The notes under the pieces: generated by a model
Told to the model about the DNA's origin: nothing
Seen by the model: only the letters and a program-made list of their open reading frames with translations
Database searches by the model: none
Source of the DNA: Trichoplax adhaerens
Taxonomy: Eukaryota > Animalia > Placozoa
Reading direction: 5' to 3'
DNA length: 64,000 bases
Assembly: GCF_000150275.1 (NCBI RefSeq)
Contig: NW_002060946.1
Location: 6,238,597-6,302,596, forward strand
Shown: positions 34,446 through 54,595 of the stretch, in pieces
Position numbering within the stretch: the first letter of the stretch is position 1
How the letters are laid out: each line of letters begins with the position of its first letter
Translations under genes and position numbers: made by a program

Positions 34446-37400
34446 AATATTATACGAGTCTATAGATATGTCATAACATTAATCTTATATTATACGGTAT
34501 TAAATAGTGTCAATAGTATTTCTTTCATGAAAATTGATCGATCGACATAAGTAAGCATATACTGCGTAGCGATGGTTTTAGGATATCTTGTTCTTGAATT
34601 ATATGGTGTTGTAACTGAGGTTAGTCATTAGTCGTCTCAGATGGAGCGCTAGCAGTGAGCGATGACTAGGAATAGAATTAAATATAACTGTAATATACCG
34701 GTACTGGAATAATACATAATGTAGCTGATTTGTAATATGAAAATATAGATAGATCAAATAAATCTTTGACGTAGTTGTAATAGTGTAGTGAGAGAATTGA
34801 AATGGAAAGCCTTTCCAAATATATTTTCATAACCACTATTTAATACTTAGTTTCATGCTATTCGAAATTGAAAATATTAGATCGGAGTTTGGCTTAGTTT
34901 TTACCTAGTTCGTTCGATTCTAAAATATGATTAAGACATCTTATCGATTGTTTCCCTCTAATATAATGTGAATGTAATACTCCTTTGATTTAAGTTCTTC
35001 TCTCTAATTACACATACTTGAGGATATTTACGAAATATAGTCAATTAGCTATTAGCTGTCTACTTAATGATCCTCTACATAACTGACCTACTAAGATTTT
35101 TTAATCCTTGTATTAAAAATGGCAAGCTTTTTGTATTCCGATTTGTTTCGGTGCAATAAAATATCTTCGAATGCTTGTGTACCAATAGATACAGAGTTAT
35201 AGAGATTACTGATATAGCTTACATACAAGCGACGGTTCTTCGTAATTGTTTAAATACTACAGTAATTTCCTCTTCGTGATTTTAATGTTATACTTGCACG
35301 ATTTGTAAGCTTGTTCACAATATTTTAGAAGTAAATTCTTAAGGAATAGTTTGCTTTCTTATTAGCTCAATTCCATCCATATCAATCATGTTCAATTCTT
35401 AACCGAAATTTTTAGTAATATATCAGTTTATTTGCTTATTTTTTATAGGAGCAAACTATTCATATATCTATTGTTAATGAGTACCGGTATAATATCAACT
35501 AATCATAAGGATTTATCGATCTATAACTAAGTTTGAGGATTTTAATTTTTTAATTGTAGCTAACAAATGTAATCTTATGATTTATATTCTAAGAGTAGTA
35601 CCCTTAACAGATGAACTATTTTACTAGTAATTCTGTAATACAAGTACAGCACAATCTGTTATTGGATTGCTGTTATAGATTTTGTATAATTTTATAATCA
35701 TAAATACAAATTTAACACGGCTGCTTTACAAGGTATTCATCTGAGTTCTTTACCGGTAATCTCACTTAATTAATTTTATGATTGTTATTTTAATAATAAC
35801 TATTTCTTCGTTACGATTGATTTTAAGTGCGACCTAGATCCAAGGTTTTTTTTACCTTATCGAAACATGTTTTCTACATTATAGATATTAAATTTTCTTG
35901 AATAGAGTAGACATGTAATATACTGAATACTGTTTATGTAGAAATTTCACTTATCCAGCATATTAAAAATAAACGTATCGACTTAAAATCCCTTCTAGTA
36001 GCTGCAGTTTGTAAACTAGATATTGGAAATACTAATTTCAACATTATCCGTGCGTTGCTGCATGTATGCATGCATAAGTTCCAAGTATAATGTACGTATT
36101 CTATCAATGATTCCTAATACTCCAACTCATCATCCCTAATTAGCATAGCCTGCATTATAAGAAGATTCTACAAATCGAAATTAATACCATGCATGCGACA
36201 AATTTAACAGTACATTGCAAGAGATCATTCAATAATAGGTAATAAAGTGTTGAAATAGTTAAACATTTATCGAAATTGTAGAAAAATAGTTTTATAATCT
36301 GAGACTACACATTGGTAGCAATTCTATCAATGCCTTTTAGCAAGATTGTATTGGAAATATCTTTATTTTATACAAAATAGAAATTGAGTTAAAATGTCTA
36401 CTTTAAACATTAACGGTGTTATCCTAAAGTATCCGTGTGAATGAATCATTCTCTGTTGATCTTAAAAGTACAGCATTTAGAGTGATCGATATAGTAGCAA
36501 TTATCGATCATGATGAACATGAAATGTTAATGTGGCCAATATTTTGTTGTGCATGGCTATTTGATGACTATTTTCATTAAAGCTAACATACAAATGCTAG
36601 CAAACAACTCCAATGAGTCTTAATGACAATTTTTAATTTCAAGATTAATAGTACTTCATAGCATTTCAAAGCAGAGTACAAAGTTGGATCCAAACACGAA
36701 ATACTTGTAGCATTATGGAAAAAATTGTCAATTATGTCATGATAGAGAAGCAGATATTCTGATCTATTTATCTGCAAATCCGCCTGATCATATATTTGAA
36801 TGCAAAGAAAAAATGAAAAGAAATGGTCACAAAAAAATATGATCAAATACAGATTTTTGTATATTGGACGTGTTGATAATAGTTTATCAAGTTAAAACTT
36901 TGGAACAGTAATATCATATTCTATTTCTTTCGCATAAACATATTTAAAGGATAATTGGCTATTACAGTAAAGTAAGTAATTAATTAAATATGCTTTTAGC
37001 TTCTTGATTTAAATGGAAAATTAAATCGCTCTGTTATGAATAAATCATAACTTACTTTCTACTACTGATTCATAAACGTTTTGAGTATCTGCATCTAGAA
37101 TAGTTATTATGTACATATCAACAATGACTCTATCCGGTAGATATTATTTATCAAAAAATTTTAGCGGATATAACCGTGGTGCATGTACAAATCTATTAAA
37201 TAGATTGATCAAGTTACTACATGAGATAGAGAATCTATCTAGACTTTGAAAAAGCCAGCAGCGTTCTCTTGCCCAAAATCGTAATGTTTTGTTTTTTTGT
37301 GTTACAGTTGAGTTTAGCAATTACTATATGCTTTAGTTGTAAGCTATCGTCGTGACGTACAACTTATGTATAAAAATGTCATAGGAATTAAGATACGAAT

Positions 37401-37853
37401 TAAATTATGTACATATTTGATGAAGCAGATATTACTAATAATTGCAACACTCCAAAATAGGTTGTAACAAAATATGCAACTAAGACTTTCATAACCCTAG
37501 TCCTAATGTAAAAAATGAATAATGAAACGGACATGACACGTTTGACCAAAATGATGTGGTCGTAAAAATTCCATCCTTTCTAACAATATATTACAACAGT
37601 ATGTGAATGAATATTGAAAACGATTTTTAGTGGATGGATTGCCACTGCTACTTGACATTAAGCAATGAAACAATTAGTCAATATTGAAAATTGAACAAAG
37701 CGATATTGACATTAAATGTCAACTTGTCGGATTAGAATTACAGTTATTAAATATGTAAACTTCTTCATATATGACTTAAGAAGCTCACCGTTGACTAAAT
37801 CAAACTCTGGATAGAATGTTTTGAGTTGCTAAAACCGCTCACAAGAGCATACT

Positions 37854-40800
37854 CTAATTTGTGTTTTCTGCACTTTTATCTTGACCTCGATGATACTGGA
37901 GATACTGTTGAACAAATTTAGTTGGTGGCCATGGTTCGCTTTGCTTTTCATGAAATGACTGTCGATATTCAGTATGATCAATAAATGGTTGATGACTGCG
38001 GTGATCTTGTGTTGGAGGTTTCCAGGCTGATGCTTTACTAGCTTTAGCAAATGACTTATAAGTATCCCTGGTCGTTGTTGTACTATCAAATTTTTCTAGA
38101 GTTGGATTATAAATATCTATTATTTTATAATTTTTCGGGCGTTCTTTTGGATCAATCAAGTATGGCTTAAATTCCACGTTTTGTGTTGTTTGATAATCAA
38201 ATTTACGATTAACTGATTCTGCTTTAGGAACTGGTTTAAACATCACCGGTTTATAATTTTCATGTTCCTTTATGGGCTGGTAATGACTTTTGCTGGTAGT
38301 TAAATTTTCAAATTTATCAATAGGTGGTTTATAATCTGGTTCTGCAATTTTAGCTGGTGGTATTCTTGTATGCTTTGAAGTATCCCATCCACGATAGGAA
38401 TCGGCATTAGCTGTAATAAACTCACTTTTTTCACCTTCAAACAATTGTAATGTTGATGGTGGTGGAGTAATTGGTTTTGGTGGACGAGAATCCCGGTAAG
38501 CTTTGAAATCATCTTTGGACTGCGTAATGGCATCAAATTTATGCCGAGGTTGCTCTAGCCATTTCAAATAGTAGATACGAGTTAGATATTATAGTTTTAG
38601 AGTAGACTTATAGCATGTAACAATCAGCTCTTTAGGAAGCTTTAATTTGGAAAAGTCATGTCGTAAATGCTAACATTTTGAGATATAGACTGTATTACAT
38701 ATACGTATAATGATAAAAATTCTATAACTATCAATGACGATGCCGAAATATATTCCATCATAAAATTTAATATCATATTCGTTAGCTTTCATTTAATTAA
38801 TTTGTAGTGCACTAAAGAAATATGCGAGGGATAAGTGATAGAATCTTGCTTCGTTGCCCTGAAAATCGATCGTACTTGATTATAATTATTTGCTGAATGC
38901 TTACAAGTAGCTAAGGGACTACGAATAAGATAGTGTAATTAACTAATTTTATGATTTTTTTGTAATCTTATTTTAGCTAGATTATCTGTACAAGTAAGTA
39001 GGATATGATTAGTATTATGGGTAAGGTGAAAATTGGATAGTTTATTTGAGATATTGAAATCTAGCTTTCTTTCTAAAAAAATTCATAGTATCAGATTGAA
39101 TTTGTGCAGTAGCAGTAGAAATGATGAAGATTGACTTGAAATGTAAAGGTAACCAAAGAGGTTATTTTGAAAGATTCTAATATATCATAGAACTGCAGCT
39201 ATCAATGGATAAAAGAAATTATCTTGGTAATTAATAAAACTGGTCAGTTTTTGTCAATAGTAATCATTTCATTTTTAGCTCGTTTAGTCAGAATAGAGAA
39301 ATCCTATTATCAATATCGTATACGGTAAAATTAATCCAAAATATTGCAGATGGTGACTATCTACTATCATTTCCAAGAAATGTTCGCTTAGGTATTAGCA
39401 GTTCAAAGTGATTTACGAGTAATAGTCATGGCATTACGATGCCTGATATAAAAGCTCTCTCATGGATTAACTCAAAAGAAGATATTATCAACTGGCGCCA
39501 AAAAAATTTTAACTTACTTGTTTTAGTTATCATTACTTTCTTCTCCACTGGTTTTATATGAGCTAATTCTAATTGATGAGGGGTAAAGTTATTTTTATAG
39601 CTCGTATTGTGATAAAAATCACCCTCGATAGCTAGGTTATCCTTCGAAGCTTGAACACGCCGTGCTCTTTCACCTGGTAGCTGCTTGAATGCGTCAGATG
39701 TGGTTGTTGAAAAATGAGACAAGTGGCGATCGGGATATAAAATAGAACCAGTATAACATGGTGGATCGGAATAACATGATTGACGATCGATTTTACGGGG
39801 TTTAAATTCCTCTGCATGAGTTGTAAGAGGGACAAATTTCCTTCTGTTATCATAGCTTGTGACAGCTCTAGCTTCAGGCTTTGTTATCGTAACAGGTTTA
39901 TATTTCAATTTATTATGCTTGAATGTTTCATTATATGTAGTTTTAATATCCATATCACCGCTTAAAAGAGGCTTTTCACTATTTTTAAAAACTGTAACTG
40001 AGGCTTTATTACGTTTCGATATCGGCAAGGGTATAAAATCGGAACGTTGAGCTGTCTCAAATACCATAGGACCCTTCTTGATTGCAGGTGTTCTTTCTCT
40101 TGTAAATGGCCGAACAGGTGTACTGGGTTTTGCTTTAGGATAGGAAGGATAAAATTCACGATAGTTGGTTAAATATTCGCCGTTTTTTGGCCTGCGATAA
40201 ACTTCCGTTGGCTTATAAGAATTCTTGTAACCACTACGAAAATTATAAAATAGATTAAATTATATTCATTTCTAATCCTATAAATAAAGCTATCCACCAT
40301 ATTTGGAAAATTTACTATTGATAAAGTGAGAAACATTTATCATATCGAATTATGCTGAGGATTGGATTAATATAATGAGATATCTATTATTTATTATCTT
40401 AAGAAAATCGATGTGAGGAGAAGAATACGCCATATTATGTAATTAATTTCAATGATCGATTATTAGTATTAATATTGCAATATCAAGAAGTAAAATAAAT
40501 ACTTGTAATTATAATTAGTAGTTGTAAAAATTGATCAAAATCAGATAAACATGAAATCAATCAATCGAGATTATACTGTACGTCCCCTTTGAGCTATTTA
40601 ATAGCGGCGCTATAATAAATGATCTGTTATTCATTTTACTATTTTTAATATTGCGCCTTATATGCAACAAACTGCAATCAATGGCTACGCAATTAATTGT
40701 ACATGAAGGGTCTGAAATGATTTTTAGTTGATTTTTCCTTTAAAGTTTTCCATTATGCCAGATGTATATTTTATTTTCTTGTAAAATATTTGTAATTATT

Positions 40801-41443
40801 TAAAGCACCAATTTGACTACTTGAAAGATTTATCCGGATGTGGATCATAATATAAAATTATGCATGCAAAGCAATATGAGAATTTAGGAACAAAGAGAGT
40901 GATTGGTGCTGTAATAGTCCTAAATAAATCTTTTAATTACTGTTACTGTAGTGACTTGATAATTTTTTATGGACCGTTAAATTCTTTCAGTACCGTACTC
41001 GAGAAAAATTTTGCATCCGACAATTTCGTTAGTAAATTTATATTATACTAATAATTTGAAATGTCATAACTTAGGAAGTGACTTAACAGGTTGAACGATT
41101 ACTACTAGCACTAATTTTGTCAATGGATATAGCAGTAATCGTGACAATTTAAAGTGATGAGTTTCAATTTCTAGACTAAATCAAAATACTATGCGGTTGT
41201 GGGGGAATAGCTTCAAAGTGTTTATTACTACAGTTCATTCGTGATTTTTAGAAATATATTGGTGAGTTATATATAACGCAGTAAATATTAGTGATTAATA
41301 ATAATTATAGCTTATAATCTAAATATAAAATGTGAACTACTGATGAATTAGGATATAATGCTTCTGTTACATGATTAAAGTTGCAATAAATATTTGGCTT
41401 ACCCTTGAATATATGCACGTCGAATTTGCTTAGCTGTAGCCAT
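37854..41443 (-). CDS. SAXO/FAM154-like stabilizer of axonemal microtubules, ~485 aa
   Basis: Exons 41443-41403, 40233-39518, 38554-37854 join in frame (1458 nt). Repeated Mn-like motifs (TNYREFY, TAQRSDF, TTYNETF, TTHAEEF, TSYKNNF, TTQNVEF, TTRDTY, TEYRQSF) separated by Pro-rich linkers. Confidence 0.75.
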
Positions 41444-41943
41444 ATTGATATTATCTGTTATATCAAATTTATTGATTAGCTATGATTGATAATAGTGGAT
41501 TATTCGCCTTGATTTGGAAAAGAGTATAAATGGCTTGATGTTCTGAAATGGTGAATAGAATAGAATTAATCGGAATCGTTATTTCCATGCCTTTATTGAT
41601 TGGAGTAAATATATATATACAAAATATAAACTAACTAAAAGATTTACTAAATAATTTAAGCGTAACACTTTGTCATACTTACCTGTTGTAGTAAATAATT
41701 TGATGATATTATTAAGATTTAGAATTAGAAAATAAAGCTTCACTCATATTTCATGTCAATACTTTTGGATGCGTTTAAATCATAAATTAGTATTGAAGAT
41801 TTCTGAACAGAATCACTAATTATATCTTACCAACAAGAAGATAGATCATGATATGAAGGACTGCAAATTTGCTGGTTTGGCTTATCATGTTACTGAGAGT
41901 AGTAATAGAGTGGAAGTAAGTCAATGAAATGTGCTGCTTTGCT

Positions 41944-41992
41944 TGCTTGGCAACCGTATACAAAAGCCAATTGAGACTGTGGTTGCCAAGCA
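41944..41992. promoter_or_regulatory. Paired RFX X-box-like sites upstream of the SAXO-like gene
   Basis: Perfect 12-bp inverted repeat TGCTTGGCAACC (41944-41955) / GGTTGCCAAGCA (41981-41992) containing the GTTGCC RFX half-site. A further GTTATTCATAGCAAC at 42118-42132. Confidence 0.55.
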
Positions 41993-44900
41993 GAATAATT
42001 AATGACAGTATCGATATAAATAATCAATTGTTAACTTTGTATCAGCACTATTGTTGTCGAGGAAATTAAGCTACACTAGTAAAGATATTGATGATATCGC
42101 TATATAAGTACCGCCTTGTTATTCATAGCAACGTTAATGTATTTCTCATTATAATGCTGGGTTACCCCTTCCTTTTTAAGATTTGCAAAGTCACTTGCAG
42201 GGCATAGAATTTCCTCCTATTTCAGCTAATTTTCCTTGTAGCGTTTTCTTTCTCTTTCTAATAGGTCGAACGAGAATTCAGTTATCATTTGCATGTATAA
42301 GCTACATAATATATGCGATGTCTTTGTTTACATAAACGGAAAGGATATCAAGCACAATTACTTGTACTATAATTATCTGTTATTGAATAGAATGATGCTC
42401 ATAGTACCGTATTGAGTTCTATTGAAGTTATCCTGTCGTAGAATAATTCTTAGTAGAACAAGGAGCTCGGTATTTAGCTACTTTAAACGATTATTTGTAT
42501 CTTAATGGGATTAAGTCATTCTGTATCGCTCTAATAATTTCCATGATCATCATGATAAAGCAAGCAAGCGTTACGATATTGCTGTAATGGTAATTGAATT
42601 TCCTTACAATATCTTCCTTGATGCTGCATCAAGAGATAATCACTAGACTCATGCTTAATTAAGGTGGTAATGTCATTAATAACAAACAATAAATAGTGAT
42701 ATTGCGAAGTACTGTATATGCTTATAAAAGATGAACAAAGTACTGTGGATGGAGAACGATTAAATATACGGGCATATCTCGCACAGAAACGAAATTATTA
42801 TTTTTCGATATAGGGTTACCCGCCATTTTGCACAATTTAACCGATCATACAACCTGGTCAATTTCAGGGTTATACTACAAGTGAATAAGCTTTTATAATT
42901 GCGTCGTTTTATGCTCTGATGATGTTGTTATAGAATGCAATTATAGAATTAGCACAGACGCGATCGATACTTGCGGGTGTGATCGATGCAAATTTCTTTT
43001 GCAGACTACGACAGTTTTGCAGAAGATGTACATGTGCAGGTTGGTAATAGCCAAGGGATCGCAACGCTACTGGTAAAAACAAATTTGTACTTCCATTGAG
43101 CAACCAAAGTGTGTACCAGTGTTAATTGTAAATGAAATACATCCAATTCGTTTTTGGGGGGGGGATCTGCTCTGTATTTGAGGGAATTTACGGCGGCAAA
43201 GTTTAGTTATACTGGCTGCACAAGTTGATTTATAAGATCAAGGGAATTAGTCTATACTACGATTGGATTTTATTTCTAAAGCTTCGGGTTTAGTCATAAC
43301 TGCAAAGATTAATAAGTCAGAATCACATTCATAGGATTATATGGAGGTTTTTCTTTGCATACCTTTGGACGAGATTTATATTTAGGATAATTATCATATG
43401 GATTCGTTGCTGGATAGTTTTACAAGGGTAGTCTACAGGTCCATGGAGGAGTGCAACTAATGTCACTAGATATTCAGCTAACGTTATGCTGAGGTTAAGA
43501 AGGAATTCTTGCAAGATTTATATGTAATTTGTACAATATTATCCCCGTGGTTTTCTCATTATAAAAAAATTGACGATAATAACAGCATACTTACGCAAAG
43601 TGTACTAGACGAAAATCAGGAATACCAAGCATACATGAGCGCTCTTATAACGTGTATTCAATTGGTGCGTATACAATCGTTTACTAACGGATGATTCTAC
43701 TCAGCATTGTCGATGTTGACTAAAACTCAACAAAGTGATTTATTAAAAATAGCGACTAATAACCGAATCTGCAGGAACTCCACTAAACAAGACTATCCAG
43801 CCTATCCTACACATGTGTGGTCGATTGATGGCGGTTAGTCACAGTATGGAGCTATAGAATATCACTGCATGTAGGTATAAGTATGCATGTAGTGACATTA
43901 ATATCCATTTTGTATACCTACTCTAGCGTAGCGGATCGAATTGCATCAATAAATACTCAATCTATCTTTTGCAATACTCCTCCTGTAATGACATTCTTCT
44001 TTACTTTTGTGTCGTAAGTTAAACTTACATCACTATTGAAAACTTGACCTACTATATTTTTCGCTATACTCCTCTAGTAATGATAATCTTTTACCTAGGT
44101 TGTACCATGGACTGCTTCATTCTACGTAGAATTTGAGTAGTTCATGGTTGTACCGAGTATTATTACAACTAGAAACGTTCGCTCATTGGCCTGATCCCGA
44201 CGAATATTGCTAGCTATCTTGTTCTGCCTGTTGCATATAAATTATACTTGTGATAAATTGTTTTGTACTTGCATCGTTCTATAGAGCATGGCATGGATGG
44301 AGTCCTACCTCGTTCACTGCGGCTACACCATGACTAAATACTCAATAGAGAAAAAATGAGTAGACCAGACACTGTAGACTACAGGTCTGCAAAATCTGCA
44401 TCGATGTGAATTGATGCTTCTTGTACACTTCACTGAAACTGTCCTACTGGTACAAAGCCGTTACTGAAATGCATTATGTAGCTCATATAGTATCCGCCAT
44501 ATCGGGGTCGTATACTTGCTGCTAAACTGTATGCAATTATGCATACTGTATATCAGTTGGGATTTGGATTGTCATAGAATTTAATCGACCACCTAAATGC
44601 CTTACGCGTCAATCCTTGCAAGCTTAGATGAATGTAGGATCAAGTCGTGGATTTTTCCCATTTCTCACCACTGTACATCTGTACATTATACAGCAGCGTA
44701 GTCAGCAGTGTGCAGCAGTTTGCCTTTCTTTCTCCAAATAGTCAGGGTCACTATTCTATCCATTCTTGATCTAGAATATGATGCCGCAAGATAGCCCTTT
44801 GCGCTCCGTGAAATACCCTTCCCGGTATACGAGCAGAGAATGAATATTTTTAGGACTTTGGTATAAGTAGAGTGAAGCTGTGAAGGATCAACAATCTGTG

Positions 44901-46601
44901 AATAATAATAATTTACGCTGGAACGCTAGATAGTTGCAGCAAGTAACAATAACTTGGTTTTCTGTTAGTAGTCCATTGACCACAGTGGTAAGTAAATGGT
45001 ACAGTAGAAGAAATCAGAAATATATCAAGATCTCCATGCTTCTCTCAACGTAGTTCCATCGAGTGTTACATATTGGTTGCATCTATTCAAGGCCTGGTTT
45101 AAACCGTATGCTAGGCTATGCCAGTGTCTACTGTAATGTGCGCTGTATGCAAGAAAGCAACAAGCGCAGCCATTTCCGTGATTTACAAAATGGTTAGACC
45201 GAGCGCACATGGGCCAGTGAGTGATAGTTTATATTAGAAACTTGAACGAAATAAAATAACTCAATACTGCAATTAAAACGCCAATAGCCCATTACTCCAG
45301 GTTGTACTGATCTGTCTGCGTGGAATTTGAGCCAAATTTAAAGGTATAATTTAAGGCAACACTAAACATTTTTCAAGCGTTCCATATTTACTCGCCACGC
45401 CTCTGTCAAAATACTGTCCAGCGTACAGACAGACATGTAAAGTACAGAAAGAAAAGCAGAACAGTTCAAAGCGCTACCTTCAGAAAATTCCTCTAACAAG
45501 TCGTTGCATACAGCAGTGTACATACGAAGCACTAGACTCCAATGAAAGTAGCATAGTGACCATACTGTGAAATTCAAAAATTGCGATCAACAGTCAATTA
45601 AAATTGAAATATTTTGACCTCGACCTCTACAATCATATAAGAGATGATATCTCTTTGCTGTATGTAACCTGATATTTCAGCCATGACAAAATCATCGCGA
45701 TGACCGTACTGTACTTGCAAGCAGAGTACTCGGCAAGTCTGTATACTGCAGATACAGCAGAGGTCTGCAAAATCTGTTACAGTAATAAGTTTTTAAGTGG
45801 TACTGATGTCTGCACAGCAGTCACGGATTATTCAATAAAAGGGATTTATTGAGTAGTCCATTTTACAGTGTAGACTAAAATTGTATAATGTCGGAATGGA
45901 GGCGCACAGTATCGCACAACTGTAAACCACTACTAGGGATGAAAAGGGCAGAGAGTGATAGCGGAGGAAAGAAAGGCTTTTCTAATCACTGTATACCTGT
46001 ATAAGAAAGAGAATTGTGTGAGCAATAATCAATCGACTAAGATACTGGTCAAATAGCATAATTTCTAGAAATATACTCTGTCAACTCTGTTCTGGACTAC
46101 TAGAAATAATAAGTTCATAGTACAAAAATAGCTTTTCAACCATAATTAATTAATTTAATAAGATTGACAATCATCAATCCATCCAACCCACTACCAATTA
46201 TCAAAATAACGGACTAATCCAACCCTGTGCGCATGCTTGGTCATTTTGTATTTTTTTTTCCTCTATTCAGCAGTTTTGGGCTTTGCGTCTGTCTGTCGTT
46301 CCAGCGCGACATCACCGTCATACTTCTTTGTTTAATACACATGACAGTGACTACAGACTAGTCAGTCTATCATGTCTGTCCGGCAGTATAAGCAATGGGT
46401 CCACTAGTACTAGTACGGTACGGTACTGGCGACGGATAAAGAAGATCGATTGAATGCGACTGTACCATACTGTACTGTCTAGCACTGGACTGGAGTCGAT
46501 TATACTGTACAGTATAATTAGGCTGAGTAAAGCACGATACCGTCATTACCTTCAGTGACAGCTTTGAAAGTAAACGTTTGTTGCAGAAGTTAATAAGCTT
46601 C

Positions 46602-54457
<7,856 letters not shown>

Positions 54458-54595
54458 AATTGTAATATTCGTTTACTGATTGTTAATAGTAATATACAGA
54501 CTATACAAAAGCAGTTGTGTACCATCGTATTGTTATAAGTAGTTACAGTAATTACAGATAAAGAGATTGTCGTTGTAATTAAGAGAAGTATATAA

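Noticed and set aside
36711-36842. RING-like peptide NCQLCHDREADILIY...DHIFEC on +
   Set aside because: Only about half of the zinc ligands, ~43 codons, and no supporting exons.
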